Below, one piece after another: positions 20,695 to 31,148 of a stretch of DNA of 64,000 nucleotides. This DNA is from a bacterium (GTDB lineage Bacteria; SAR324; NAC60-12). A program made the translations under genes and the position numbers. The stretch lies in NCBI GenBank assembly GCA_965233585.1, contig CBDDTI010000746.1, positions 288,001-352,000 on the forward strand, in the 5' to 3' direction. The notes under the pieces are model-generated. The model was not told where the DNA came from. It made no database searches and worked only from the letters and a program-made list of their open reading frames with translations. The stretch's first letter is position 1. Every line of letters begins with the position of its first letter.

Positions 20695-21558
20695 TTAACG
20701 AAGAACAAGCGTGCCAATGCCTTGGTCAGTAAACAATTCGCTGATGATAGAATGCTGGTCAGAACCATTGATGATATGGGCTGATTTCACACCAGATTGA
20801 ATAGCAAGCAAAGCAGATTCTGTTTTGGGCAACATACCCCCAGAGATGACCCCATCTGCAATGAACGACTGGATTTGTGACAAATTGAGTTCTTGTTGCA
20901 ACTTGCCATCAATCAAGATGCCATTGACATCGGTCATAAAAATCAACTTGTTGGCTTGCATAGCAATAGCAATGTGCGAGGCGGCGAGGTCTGCATTGAC
21001 ATTATATGTCTTACCTTCCTTTGAATTAAAACCGATTGGGGACACCACAGGCAAGAACCCTGAATCTAATAGCACTTTTAACACTTCAGGATTGATTTGT
21101 CTGACTTCCCCAACATAGCCAAGGTCAATGTGCTGTTTGTGTAATTTTTTCTGCACCTCAATCAGCTGTCCATCTTTACCACTCAAACCAACAGCTTTGC
21201 CTCCAAATGAATGAAGATGAGCAATGATTTCTTTGTTGACCTTGCCTGAAAGAGCCATCTCTACAATCGGCATATCCTCTTGGGAGGTCATTCGCATGCC
21301 ATCAATAAATTGGGTTTCTTGTCCCATCTGTTGCAAAGCCTTGCTGATCTCAGGTCCCCCTCCATGAACAATGACCAGTCTCAACCCCAAAGACTGAAGC
21401 AGGACAATATCTTGGGCAAAACTTTGTTTAAGCTGTTCCTCCACCATTGCAGCACCTCCATATTTGATGACAATGGTTTGACCTTGAAATTTTTTGATGT
21501 AAGAGAGTGCCTCAATCAGAAGGTCTCTTTTAGATTGCATGTTGTGAGGAGATGGCAT
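20695..21558 (-). CDS. argB: Acetylglutamate kinase
   Basis: VIKYGGAAM, VHGGGPEI, YNVNADLAA, MTDVNG, ISGGMLPK; start may be 21540. Confidence 0.95.
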   Translation of the reverse strand: MPSPHNMQSKRDLLIEALSYIKKFQGQTIVIKYGGAAMVEEQLKQSFAQDIVLLQSLGLRLVIVHGGGPEISKALQQMGQETQFIDGMRMTSQEDMPIVEMALSGKVNKEIIAHLHSFGGKAVGLSGKDGQLIEVQKKLHKQHIDLGYVGEVRQINPEVLKVLLDSGFLPVVSPIGFNSKEGKTYNVNADLAASHIAIAMQANKLIFMTDVNGILIDGKLQQELNLSQIQSFIADGVISGGMLPKTESALLAIQSGVKSAHIINGSDQHSIISELFTDQGIGTLVLR

Positions 21559-23176
21559 GTCTGCTTCTTGCTTGTAATGCAACGCTCATTTTGTAAACTC
21601 TGAATTTAAGAAAGTATCCGTTCAAAGAGATTTCATCACCTTCTCGCAAATAACGATAATCTACTCTTCTACGATTGACATAAATATTTTCATTAGAGTT
21701 GACATTTTGCAATTTGTATTGAGTGCCAACCTTTTGGATTTTTGCATGATAGAGAGACAGGTTTGGTGCAAAAATCGTCAGGTCGTTTTCTTCAGACTGT
21801 CCAATGAAGGTGATGTTTTTAGTGAGAGGATATTCTTGTTTGGTTCTTTGATTAATCAGCAATCCTGTTCCAAAAGGAAGGGGGTGTTTTGTGGGTCTAA
21901 ACTTCATCAAAGGAACAGCTTGAGCCGTTCTGGGCTTGGGCTGTTCTTTCTGTTCTTGGTCAGAAAGAAAAATGAAGAACACATCACCAATATCAAACAC
22001 ATCTCCTGACCTGATTGAGCGTCTGCGAATCCTCCTGCGGTTGATAAGCAAGGCATTTTTGACGTTGGTGTCTTCCAGAAAGACTTCACCTTTGTCATGG
22101 TTGATGTGAACTTTATTCAAATTGGCAGAAAGACGTATTCCTTTTTTTAAAGGCATTTGGTTCAAGAAGTCCAAAGACTGATGCTCGCTTGTCATAGGAA
22201 CAAAAGAAATCTTCATGTGAGGGCTGACAGCCATAAACCCTTTTTGATTGGCTGGAGTTTTAGGCTTCGGCTTCAATGTCAGCAAAATCAGGGCTACACC
22301 CACGATGAAAGCCGCACCCCACTCAAGATGAGATAAAGATTTGAGTCCAGAGATAGAGGGAGGTTGAAGCATGACCTCAATGGGCTGGCTTCCTAAATCT
22401 TGCCAGTGTATGAAAAAATTGAGCGAATGCCCGCCATACATGAACGGAGGAATGCGATAGAGCAATGCGACTTCTTTTTTGGCACGTTCTTGAAGTGCCA
22501 GTATTTTGTCAGCAAGGTTCTGATTTCCTTTGGCAAATTGAATTGGGAAAAAAGGATGCTGTTGGAGTTCTTGGTTTAAATTGGCTTCAAGTGCAATCAT
22601 CTGCCATGATTGACTTTCTTCAGATGACGCCTCTAGTAAATCTGCATGGATTTGGTTTGTCACAAATGCCACCCACAGTCTTTGGTAGACTGCTTCTTTT
22701 GACCTCTGACTTTGAAAACGTTTTTGCTTTTTGACTCGTTGCACAAAATCTCTCAACCCTTCTCCATCATGTTCTGTTCCGATTGCCTGTTGCCAGTCTG
22801 AATCTTTTGGCAGCACCAAAACTTCAGGAACACCACGTACAATTAATCGCAGTGAGGTTTGCTCTGCTAATTCTTGGAGTGTTGGAAGAAGCTGTTGTAA
22901 TGTTTGACTTTCAGGGACGTGGTTGACAGCTAAAACGATGGCGTTGTCTGTTGAGGGTAAGCGAATAGCTTCGGGAAGGATAGGCTTCCCATTGACTGAT
23001 AACGCAGAAATCTGGCTCAGCTTCAGGTCAGTCTTTTTTGCATTCTGCAGTGGCGTGAAAAACAAGTAACTTGGACCAAACAATGACACTCTGGCAGAAA
23101 ATCCGTTGACTTGAACGGTTTGTGAAAAGGCAAGAGTGGCAATGTGAAATACAAGAAAAGTAAGAATACTTTTCAT
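21530..23176 (-). CDS. Membrane-anchored protein with two C-terminal FHA-like domains
   Basis: Signal peptide, one TM segment, IRSGDVFDIG and FIGQSEENDL..LSLYHAKI...LREGDEISL. Confidence 0.7.
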   Translation of the reverse strand: MKSILTFLVFHIATLAFSQTVQVNGFSARVSLFGPSYLFFTPLQNAKKTDLKLSQISALSVNGKPILPEAIRLPSTDNAIVLAVNHVPESQTLQQLLPTLQELAEQTSLRLIVRGVPEVLVLPKDSDWQQAIGTEHDGEGLRDFVQRVKKQKRFQSQRSKEAVYQRLWVAFVTNQIHADLLEASSEESQSWQMIALEANLNQELQQHPFFPIQFAKGNQNLADKILALQERAKKEVALLYRIPPFMYGGHSLNFFIHWQDLGSQPIEVMLQPPSISGLKSLSHLEWGAAFIVGVALILLTLKPKPKTPANQKGFMAVSPHMKISFVPMTSEHQSLDFLNQMPLKKGIRLSANLNKVHINHDKGEVFLEDTNVKNALLINRRRIRRRSIRSGDVFDIGDVFFIFLSDQEQKEQPKPRTAQAVPLMKFRPTKHPLPFGTGLLINQRTKQEYPLTKNITFIGQSEENDLTIFAPNLSLYHAKIQKVGTQYKLQNVNSNENIYVNRRRVDYRYLREGDEISLNGYFLKFRVYKMSVALQARSRHAISSQHAI

Positions 23177-24030
23177 TTTTCTTCCCAATACTGCAAGACA
23201 GCTGAACCAATTTTGATAATATCCCCAGAATTTAAAATGACTTCTTGAGTAGGGCGAAAGTTAATAAAAAGCTGAGCATCTTGGCGTGCGTTTAAAACCT
23301 GGTATTTTTGTTTTTGAGTTTTCACAATGTAAGCATGTGTTGGAAAGATTTCTGAATAAGACCTCAACGGAATATCATTGCTTTGGAGATACCCCAGAGA
23401 AGTTGATGTTTTTTCTAATGGAAAGGACTGCCAGATGTCAGAACCATTTAAGACTCTCAAATAGGAGTAATTAGACAAAAGAGACGGAATGTGGAGCGAA
23501 ATAAATAATAAAAACAGAGGAAAAATGGAACAAAAAATGGAGTATTCAAAATCTACCCTGAAAAATGAAAAGAACAAAGGACTCACAGAAGCACCCAAGG
23601 CTCCTTGTATGGCAGATTTCCAATTTGTTTTAAAGGAAAAAGGCTTGTTTAAAAAAAGACCAAGACCCGCACCAATCAAAAACCAACTCAAAGTTAATAA
23701 ATCATTGCTAGACAAAGCAAATGTGACAAAAGATAACCCTTGAGTGATTGAACCTGCAACAAATCCAACTCCCCCTCCAATCAATACGCCCCGAGACAAT
23801 CTGGGCATCAAAGAAAACCATTTTTTCTCAAAAAGGTTATACCTGATTTGGGAAAATCCTCCAATTAATACCCCAATCAAAATACGTTCATAAATGAAGG
23901 TGTCTAACAATGGGAACAAAGAGGATTTGACAAACAACGTCAGCCCTGTCAAACCCCAGTACAGAGAAGTTATTGCAAGAGCCAGCACAATGAGCCTACA
24001 AGTCAACTTCCATTTCATCAAGTTTATCAA
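23173..24030 (-). CDS. Multi-TM protein with a C-terminal FHA-like domain
   Basis: Several hydrophobic segments, then SLGYLQSNDIPL..THAYI...LNSGDIIKIGSAVLQY. Confidence 0.7.
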   Translation of the reverse strand: MINLMKWKLTCRLIVLALAITSLYWGLTGLTLFVKSSLFPLLDTFIYERILIGVLIGGFSQIRYNLFEKKWFSLMPRLSRGVLIGGGVGFVAGSITQGLSFVTFALSSNDLLTLSWFLIGAGLGLFLNKPFSFKTNWKSAIQGALGASVSPLFFSFFRVDFEYSIFCSIFPLFLLFISLHIPSLLSNYSYLRVLNGSDIWQSFPLEKTSTSLGYLQSNDIPLRSYSEIFPTHAYIVKTQKQKYQVLNARQDAQLFINFRPTQEVILNSGDIIKIGSAVLQYWEEK

Positions 24031-25316
24031 ACTCCTGAAGGGTCTTCTTCTCTTCTAAGTGCGGCAGGCACTCTTTCTGTGAAAGAAGAGTTTTTTTCAT
24101 AATCAATATTATTTGAGAAGTATCGCTTTTTGACTGGGGGTTGTGCATCTTGGACTTGCTCCTCTTGACAATTTGCAAGATTGGTCTCAGTTGACTCTGA
24201 TGGCAAACTTGCTTGGGGAGAAAAAACGTTGACTTTAGGAGGAGGTGGGTTTTTTTTAGGCGTCCCAGAGTATTTACGTTGAGAGTATTTTTTTTCTTTT
24301 TTTTGAGAATTTTGCCCTCTTTCAAGCCTACTCGGATTGTCTTCAAAGCCTGATGCAATGACAATCATTTGAATATCATCGTCTTTTGGATCAGTTTTAT
24401 AACCTAACCCAAATTTGATCTCTGCCCCAGGAGCCTGACTTGCCAAAGACCCGCCAGCTGCTTGGACTGCTTTCATGGAAGTCTCCTTTGGAACCGTTGC
24501 ATGGTAAATAACATGCTTTGCTCCTTTGATGTTATCCCTGCCTAGCAAGGGGCTGTTCAAAGCCTCTTGGATTGCTTCAAGTGCAGCATTTTCTCCAGAG
24601 GCAGAGCCAATACCCATGATGGCTAAACCTCCCTCTTTCAAGGCAACGACAAGGTCAGCATAATCCACATTAATCTTATGTGGATTATAAATCAAATCCA
24701 TCAATGCTTTGACAATATCACGCAAGACTCGGTCAGCATGATACAAGACCTCCTCAATAGGAGCGTTATGAGCTTGTTGTCTGTAAATAGAGAGCAAATC
24801 TTGATTGTGGACAACGACTAAGGTATCCACAAGTTTTTCCAATTCTTTCAAGCCAGCTACTGCATTGTCCCAACGTCTTTTCCCTTCAAAATGAAAAGGC
24901 AAGGTCACGACAGCAACAATGAGTATTCCTTTAGCTCGTGCAACTTCTGCAACAATAGGGGCTGAGCCTGAGCCAGTTCCTCCTCCCAAGGTCGCTGTCA
25001 GCACTAAGATGCTAGTACCTTCCAGATACTCTTCAATTTGGTCCCTAGACTCTAAAGTGGCGGCACGACCAACCTCAGGATTGGAACCTGCTCCCAAACC
25101 TTCAGTGATTCGGGGGCCCAGCTGAATTTTGCAAGCGTTAGGACAAGCCTGCAGATGTTGGGCATCAGTGTTAGCAGCAATGCAAGCCACTTTGTCCAAT
25201 ATATCTGCATCCATGGATTCATAAATCCGAATGATCGCATTGCAGCCTCCCCCACCGAGTCCGAGTAACTTCACAACCACCCCGTGCGGTGTCTTTTTTT
25301 TAAGATCTGAAAACAT
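24027..25316 (-). CDS. ftsZ: Cell division GTPase FtsZ
   Basis: GLGGGGCNA, NTDAQHL, GLGAGSNPEVG, GGGTGSG, PFHFEG, INVDYAD, C-terminal VPAALRR; start 25316 follows GGAGG. Confidence 0.93.
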   Translation of the reverse strand: MFSDLKKKTPHGVVVKLLGLGGGGCNAIIRIYESMDADILDKVACIAANTDAQHLQACPNACKIQLGPRITEGLGAGSNPEVGRAATLESRDQIEEYLEGTSILVLTATLGGGTGSGSAPIVAEVARAKGILIVAVVTLPFHFEGKRRWDNAVAGLKELEKLVDTLVVVHNQDLLSIYRQQAHNAPIEEVLYHADRVLRDIVKALMDLIYNPHKINVDYADLVVALKEGGLAIMGIGSASGENAALEAIQEALNSPLLGRDNIKGAKHVIYHATVPKETSMKAVQAAGGSLASQAPGAEIKFGLGYKTDPKDDDIQMIVIASGFEDNPSRLERGQNSQKKEKKYSQRKYSGTPKKNPPPPKVNVFSPQASLPSESTETNLANCQEEQVQDAQPPVKKRYFSNNIDYEKNSSFTERVPAALRREEDPSGV

Positions 25317-25523
25317 ATCCCCTCCTTTAATCATCAAATTGAAATTGAAACTTTGCGATTTCCCAAACTAAGCTAACCAAAAGGAAAGCCTCCTAAACTT
25401 TTGAAGTATGAAACTCTCAACTGATTCAAAATAGTCAAATACTTCTCTAACCGAAATATAGTTCCTCTCATATCATTGCTTGCCCTAAACTTTTGAAGTC
25501 AAACTCATTCAATTTTGGACACA

Positions 25524-26783
25524 TTAAAAAAGTTCATTTGCGATACCTTTGCATGTGACAAGAAGACGATGATACAACTTTAGTCCTCCTTCGCGGTAAG
25601 ACCCCCCGTAGGTAGGCAAATGATTCAGTCCATATTTGGCAAGTCCTACTGCCGTCGCAAATTCTTTGCCATAAACCTTCTCTATAATATCTTCGGATGC
25701 TACAACGAAGTCTGGTCCTCCGCATCTTACAGGACATTGAAAGAATTCGCTTGCCTGTGTGTCTATTCCAATTAGGTTAGATCCACCCCCTGTCAGTACT
25801 AAACCTGAACTCAGCTGAGCAAAGTCTTGATTAAAAAAATTTTTCAACCTATCCTCCACATTCTGAAAAATGTCAAACATGGTGGATTCTATGTTATAAA
25901 CTAGTTCCCGTCTGGAGATTTGACGATTATTCGTGCCTGTTAAACGAATCATTTGTTCTGGCTGTTGCAAAAGGCTTGTTAATGCAAGCCCGTGTTTGTG
26001 TTTCAGATCCTCCGCAAGCTTAAATCCAACATTAAGCATTCTTGCAATGTCCTGTGTCACAATTTTCCCACCGATTGGAATCACATCAGCCCTTTTGAGC
26101 TGACCATCTCTGTAAACAACAATGTCTGTTGTGCCTCCTCCAATGTCAATCAATGCAACCCCAGACTGTTTTTCATCTTCACTCAGCGTGGCAAGGCTTG
26201 AGGCAATAGGTTGTAGGACAATTTGTCCTACTTCTAAACCTGCAAGTAGGCAACATCCAACCATGTTTGAGATAGAGGCAATATCACCTGTGATGATGTT
26301 AAACTTGCCTGTCAGCTGTTTGCCCATCATTCCAACAGGATTGGTTATACCCGTGCGATCGTCCAAGGTGTATCCCTGTTCCATGTCGTGCAAAAAGTCT
26401 CTACTGCCTCCAACAATGTTAGTTTTTGCAAATTCTTTGACCCTCTGCTTGTCTCGTTCTGTGACAACACCACTGCTGATATTCATCACACCCTCACTAG
26501 GAGTCAACCTAATATGTTCTCCTGAAACCCCAACATAGACTTTTTTGACAGTCGTTCCACTCATAGAGGAACATTCAAACATCACTTTCTCAATGGCTTC
26601 TGTGACTTCTTTCATGTTTATGACATTTCCACTCTTCATGCCCCGTGATTCGGCAAGCCCAAAGCCAGAGACATGCATCTCTCCCTGCTGGGTTTGACTT
26701 GCGGCAACCATACATATTTTGGTTGTGCCAATATCCAATCCAAACACTGTGTTAGAATGTTGTCCAGAAGAATAAGAGTCCAT
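25524..26783 (-). CDS. ftsA: Cell division protein FtsA
   Basis: GLDIGTTKI, LIDIGGGTTD, AEDLK, LVLTGGGS, ATAVGL; adjacent to ftsZ. Confidence 0.93.
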   Translation of the reverse strand: MDSYSSGQHSNTVFGLDIGTTKICMVAASQTQQGEMHVSGFGLAESRGMKSGNVINMKEVTEAIEKVMFECSSMSGTTVKKVYVGVSGEHIRLTPSEGVMNISSGVVTERDKQRVKEFAKTNIVGGSRDFLHDMEQGYTLDDRTGITNPVGMMGKQLTGKFNIITGDIASISNMVGCCLLAGLEVGQIVLQPIASSLATLSEDEKQSGVALIDIGGGTTDIVVYRDGQLKRADVIPIGGKIVTQDIARMLNVGFKLAEDLKHKHGLALTSLLQQPEQMIRLTGTNNRQISRRELVYNIESTMFDIFQNVEDRLKNFFNQDFAQLSSGLVLTGGGSNLIGIDTQASEFFQCPVRCGGPDFVVASEDIIEKVYGKEFATAVGLAKYGLNHLPTYGGSYREGGLKLYHRLLVTCKGIANELF

Positions 26784-26806
26784 GAGTTTTCTTCAAAGAT
26801 TTTTGG

Positions 26807-28483
26807 CTACCTTGTCAGTTTTGAGTGTCTGTGACGTGTTTCAGAATCTGAATGATTCTTTTTCCAGTATTGTTCGTAGTCAGAACAAGAGCCTTCCATG
26901 AAATAGGTGACTCCATCAGGCTCAAATGCTAAGATATGAGTGGCAACTCGGTCTAAAAACCAGCGATCGTGGCTAATGATGATAGCACTCCCTGCAAAAT
27001 TGTCCAATGCGTCTTCTAAGGCACGAATCGTGTTGACATCTAAATCATTTGTAGGTTCATCAAGCAGTAACACATTGGCTCCTGCCTTAATCACTCTGGC
27101 AAGATGCACACGATTTCTTTCTCCACCTGAAAGCACCCCAACCTTCTTTTGTTGGTCTGTCCCTGCAAAATTAAAACGAGAGACATAGGCTCTTGAGTTC
27201 ATTTCACGCTTGCCAAGTTGCAACACTTCTTGACCATCAGAAATGACCTCCCAAACCGTTTTGTCATTAGGTAACGCATCACGACTTTGATCTACATAGC
27301 CGAGTTGAACAGTATCACCCAACTTGATACTTCCTTCAGATGTTGGTTCTGCACCTGTCATCATTCTAAAAAGTGTTGTTTTACCTGCTCCATTTGGACC
27401 AATGACACCCACAATTCCCCCTGCGGGTAATGCAAAGGTCATGTCTTTGACCAGTGTTCGGACACCATACTTTTTGCTGACATTTGTCAATTCAACTACT
27501 AAGTTTCCCAGTCTGGGTCCCGGTGGGATATAAATTTCAGCATCTTTGATGGGTCTGTCACTTTGCTGGTTTAGCAAAGTTTCATAAGTTTTCAAACGTG
27601 CTTTAGATTTGCTTTGTCTGCCTTTAGGATTCATACGAATCCAGTCTAATTCATTGCTCAAAGTCTGTTGAAGCTGAAGCTCCTTTTTTTCTTCATCTTG
27701 CAATCGCTTTTGTTTCTGTTCCAGCCATGATGAATAATTCCCCTTCCAAGGAATCCCCTTGCCACGGTCTAACTCCAGAATCCACCCTGCTACATTGTCT
27801 AAGAAGTAGCGGTCGTGAGTAACGGCAATGATAGTCCCTTTGTACTGACTCAGATGATGTTCCAGCCAAGACACTGTCAGGGCGTCAAGGTGGTTGGTCG
27901 GTTCGTCAAGTAGCAAAATATCAGGTTCTTGCAAAAGTAATCTACACAGGGCAACTCTACGTTTTTCACCTCCTGACAGAATGTTGACTTTCGCATCAGG
28001 CGGGGGGCAATGAAGAGCCTGCATCGCCATTTCTAGCCTTGAATCCAAATCCCACGCATCGCGTGAGTCAATGATGTCTTGCAATTCTCCTTGTTTTGCA
28101 ATGAGTTCTGACATTTCGTCATCAGACAGCGGTTCAGAAAATTTTTCGCTAATTTGGTTAAATTCATCAATCAAACTGGCTGTCTCTGCAACACCTTCTC
28201 TCACAACCTCCATGACCGTTTTGTCAGAATCAATCAAGGGTTCTTGCTCCAAATAGCCAATGGTGTATCCTGAAGCACTGCTGATGTCTCCTTGAAATTC
28301 TGTATCTACCCCCGCCAAAATCTTCAAAAGCGTACTCTTACCAGAACCGTTCAGTCCCAATACCCCAATCTTTGCACCATAAAAGTACGAAAGCGTGATG
28401 TTTTTGAGAATGGTCTTTCCCTGATGAACTTTACTCACATGGCTCATGGAATAGATGACTTTGTTAGCAGAGTCTTGAGTCAT
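26807..28483 (-). CDS. ettA: ABC-F translational throttle EttA
   Basis: GAKIGVLGLNGSGKS, two ABC domains, GIPWKGNYSSWLEQK, IYIPPGPRLG. Confidence 0.95.
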   Translation of the reverse strand: MTQDSANKVIYSMSHVSKVHQGKTILKNITLSYFYGAKIGVLGLNGSGKSTLLKILAGVDTEFQGDISSASGYTIGYLEQEPLIDSDKTVMEVVREGVAETASLIDEFNQISEKFSEPLSDDEMSELIAKQGELQDIIDSRDAWDLDSRLEMAMQALHCPPPDAKVNILSGGEKRRVALCRLLLQEPDILLLDEPTNHLDALTVSWLEHHLSQYKGTIIAVTHDRYFLDNVAGWILELDRGKGIPWKGNYSSWLEQKQKRLQDEEKKELQLQQTLSNELDWIRMNPKGRQSKSKARLKTYETLLNQQSDRPIKDAEIYIPPGPRLGNLVVELTNVSKKYGVRTLVKDMTFALPAGGIVGVIGPNGAGKTTLFRMMTGAEPTSEGSIKLGDTVQLGYVDQSRDALPNDKTVWEVISDGQEVLQLGKREMNSRAYVSRFNFAGTDQQKKVGVLSGGERNRVHLARVIKAGANVLLLDEPTNDLDVNTIRALEDALDNFAGSAIIISHDRWFLDRVATHILAFEPDGVTYFMEGSCSDYEQYWKKNHSDSETRHRHSKLTR

Positions 28484-28667
28484 ACTCGGGAGTTACGAAA
28501 AATTGTTGAACGTCAAGAAAGGCGTACTAGCAGAAGAAAACTTTCGGACAGAAAGACACTAAATTCCTCACAAATGACAAGAGGAGTATTCTAACAAAAT
28601 TTTGAGAAAAAATGCAACCGCTTTTTTGTTATATGTTTAAAAAATTTTTTGTAAAAAAATCAAAGAG

Positions 28668-28892
28668 TTAGTCTAAAATATTCTTAATTTTAGACAGCAA
28701 TTTTGATTTTTGATTCCTCCTTTTGAAGATTTGAAATAAGAGGCGAAAATTGAGAATGATGAGGACAATCACACTTGAAGTTAAGATGAAAAAACTCCAT
28801 TGAGGATAGTTTTGAAGATTTTTTAAAAGTAGAGTGAGGAATTGGCTGTACTGCTCTAAAAGAACAGAGATGATGGAGTCCACTGAAGGCAT
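28668..28892 (-). CDS. Small membrane protein, hypothetical
   Basis: 74 aa, one TM segment, basic tail; starts 3 nt after metA. Confidence 0.5.
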   Translation of the reverse strand: MPSVDSIISVLLEQYSQFLTLLLKNLQNYPQWSFFILTSSVIVLIILNFRLLFQIFKRRNQKSKLLSKIKNILD

Positions 28893-28895
28893 AGT

Positions 28896-29798
28896 CTAGT
28901 CATGGTCTTCTGGAGATGAGATGTTGGTATAGCAGTATTTAAGCCAATGTCCAAAGAAGACATTGCGTTGAGAACGCCATTGATTGATGGGTTTTTTAAG
29001 GTCAAAGTGGGCGGGAGGTTGGACATGAGATTTGGCAGAGTCTCTAGTCCATTCATCAACAATTCTGCTTGCATTGTATTCGGGGTGTCCCAAGTGCATG
29101 ATGTAACGATGGTCTACAGTTTCAAAGATGGTGTAACCGCAGTCATGCCCATAAGCCAACAGATTTAAAATACCTTTTTTTTCTGCTTGCTTGAGTTGTT
29201 CATCATTAATTCCTGCATGACGGCTTTGAGGACACCAAAACTCATCATCAAGCTCCCCTGTAATCAGGTGAGAAGGCACTAAATTAGAGGCAGGAAAGAC
29301 TCCAAATAATTTTTGATGATATGTAAATTTATCAATTCCTTCCAAATAAGCAAGGGCAAACCCTCCCCAGCAAATTCCAAGAGTACTGGGACACGTTTGT
29401 TTGGCATCAGTCAAGATGTCCTGAATCTCGTCCCAATACAAGACGTCTTCAAAGCGGATTTTTTCAACAGGCGCCCCTGTCACGATCAAGCCATCAAGGG
29501 GGCTTTGTATAATCGCCTCTTCATAAGAAATGTAGAGTTGATTGATGTGGTCTTGATTAGAACTTCTGTATTGATGACATTTGAGCTTCAGCCAGACAGG
29601 GTCCACTTGCAAAATAGACAAACCCAGAGGGTGCAGTAGATTGAACTCATAAGTTTGGCAAGATGGCATGATGTTCAAAATGCCTATCCGCATGGGGCGA
29701 ATGTCTTGACGCAAAGCCTGTTCTCTTGCAATACACTCTACACGATTGGCTTGCAGCAAGGACTTGGCATGATAGTTGTCAGGTAAAATAATTGTCAT
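28896..29798 (-). CDS. metA: Homoserine O-acyltransferase MetA (probably acetyl-CoA type)
   Basis: QDIRPMRIGILNIMP, DGLIVTGAPVE, GICWG, PQSRH, GHPEY. Confidence 0.93.
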   Translation of the reverse strand: MTIILPDNYHAKSLLQANRVECIAREQALRQDIRPMRIGILNIMPSCQTYEFNLLHPLGLSILQVDPVWLKLKCHQYRSSNQDHINQLYISYEEAIIQSPLDGLIVTGAPVEKIRFEDVLYWDEIQDILTDAKQTCPSTLGICWGGFALAYLEGIDKFTYHQKLFGVFPASNLVPSHLITGELDDEFWCPQSRHAGINDEQLKQAEKKGILNLLAYGHDCGYTIFETVDHRYIMHLGHPEYNASRIVDEWTRDSAKSHVQPPAHFDLKKPINQWRSQRNVFFGHWLKYCYTNISSPEDHD

Positions 29799-29844
29799 TT
29801 TGAGAAAAATCGGAAAAATGACAACAACTCTAATTGAGTGCTGT

Positions 29845-29996
29845 CAAACAAATCCTTGAAAATTGAGAAAAAATTGAAAAGTTTGTCATTTTTTGAAAAT
29901 CAACATTGGTTTTCTTATGCTTACTTATGCTTACCAAACAAACCCTTGAAAATGGAGAAAAATTGAAAAGTTTGCCATTTTTTGAAAATCAGCATT
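29845..29996. repeat. Two imperfect direct repeats of about 62 bp upstream of metA
   Basis: caaacaaa.ccttgaaaat.gagaaaaa(a)ttgaaaagtttg.cattttttgaaaatca.catt at about 29845 and 29935. Confidence 0.8.
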
Positions 29997-31138
29997 CATG
30001 GTGCATTTTGTCGGACTTTTTCATAAAATGCCTCCCAGTTTCTTCCTGCTTGGTCATACCATTCTTGCATCTGTTCCACGTTTCCATGGTAACGTCTGAT
30101 GTTGATTAAATGAGCATTGTTGAGGTTCTGTGCAAAAAAGCCATCGTAGTTCAAGACATGAAACTCGTCTTTTCTCTGACGGTAAGTGTCTTTAAGTTCC
30201 TGAAAAATCTTGGCTTTTTGTGCCAGCTTCTCCTCATCGCTGGCATCTGATTTGTAAAGTGTTTTCAGCTTTTCCACAAAGCCCAAGACTAAATTGACAA
30301 AGAGTTGCCTGTCTTGCTGTCGGTCTAGGTAGTTTTGATAACGGCTTTGAGAGTCGTCTCCTTGCTGTTGTAAAAATTGACGCAGCCCCTCTTGCTCTAC
30401 AAAAGTTGCAAAGGATTCATTAAATGCAGTTTCTCCAGCAATGAAAATCTTTTGATGAGCCATTTCGTGAATGAGCGTGCCTATCAAGCTGGCTTCACTT
30501 CTATTCAAAAAGGTGTTGAGTAGTGGGTCTTTGAAGTAATCAGGAAGCCATGGATTGTTAAGCCAGCCCAAAGTAGAGTAAGCAGACACTCTCCCCACCT
30601 TCACGTCCCAGCCTTCTCGCTGGAGTTGTTCAGCAAGGTCATCAGCTTTTGCTTTGTCAAAATAACCTCTGTAAGACAAGTCTCCAACAAAGGGATACCA
30701 CCACGTTTTTGGCTCAAAATCCAGCTTTTTTGAGGCTGTGATGACTGCTGTGACGTAGGGTCTTTTGAGGTCAACATAAGAGACGTAGCTCCCCGATTGG
30801 GGCAATTTGAGATGAGAATTTGCAAAAGTGCGGATGGTTTGAATGAGTTTGAATTTGCTTTTGAGTTCATTAGGGGTCTGGTCTGACTCCAACAATTCAG
30901 TGATTTTTTGCTTTTTGTTGAGAATGTCAAGATGCCCTTGCACGACATGACTGTAATAATCTAAATCACTACATGCTGAGCCAACAAATACCAAAAATAT
31001 TAAAAAGCAACCTCTCAATCTTAAAACAGATTGACAGACTGATTGACAGGCAGACAGACAAACAGACAAGCAACTTACCTTGCCCAAAACATTCGTCTTC
31101 TTCTTTGGGGTCTTCAAAAGGAATCTCAAAGCAATCAA
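29996..31138 (-). CDS. Putative Zn aminopeptidase lipoprotein (DUF2265-like)
   Basis: GSAC lipobox, WWYPFVGDLSYRGYF, AYSTLGW, DPLLNTF, IHEMAH, FNESFATFVE; start uncertain. Confidence 0.85.
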   Translation of the reverse strand: MIALRFLLKTPKKKTNVLGKVSCLSVCLSACQSVCQSVLRLRGCFLIFLVFVGSACSDLDYYSHVVQGHLDILNKKQKITELLESDQTPNELKSKFKLIQTIRTFANSHLKLPQSGSYVSYVDLKRPYVTAVITASKKLDFEPKTWWYPFVGDLSYRGYFDKAKADDLAEQLQREGWDVKVGRVSAYSTLGWLNNPWLPDYFKDPLLNTFLNRSEASLIGTLIHEMAHQKIFIAGETAFNESFATFVEQEGLRQFLQQQGDDSQSRYQNYLDRQQDRQLFVNLVLGFVEKLKTLYKSDASDEEKLAQKAKIFQELKDTYRQRKDEFHVLNYDGFFAQNLNNAHLINIRRYHGNVEQMQEWYDQAGRNWEAFYEKVRQNAP

Positions 31139-31148
31139 CGGCTTGAAC

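Noticed and set aside
25385..25510. cctaaacttttgaagt direct repeat between ftsA and ftsZ as an operator
   Set aside because: Only two copies and no supporting regulator
29800..29995. SAM riboswitch upstream of metA
   Set aside because: AT-rich direct repeats only; no recognisable riboswitch core
31020..31080. acag/gatt short repeats in the aminopeptidase 5' region as a contingency locus
   Set aside because: Short and imperfect, and the start codon is uncertain
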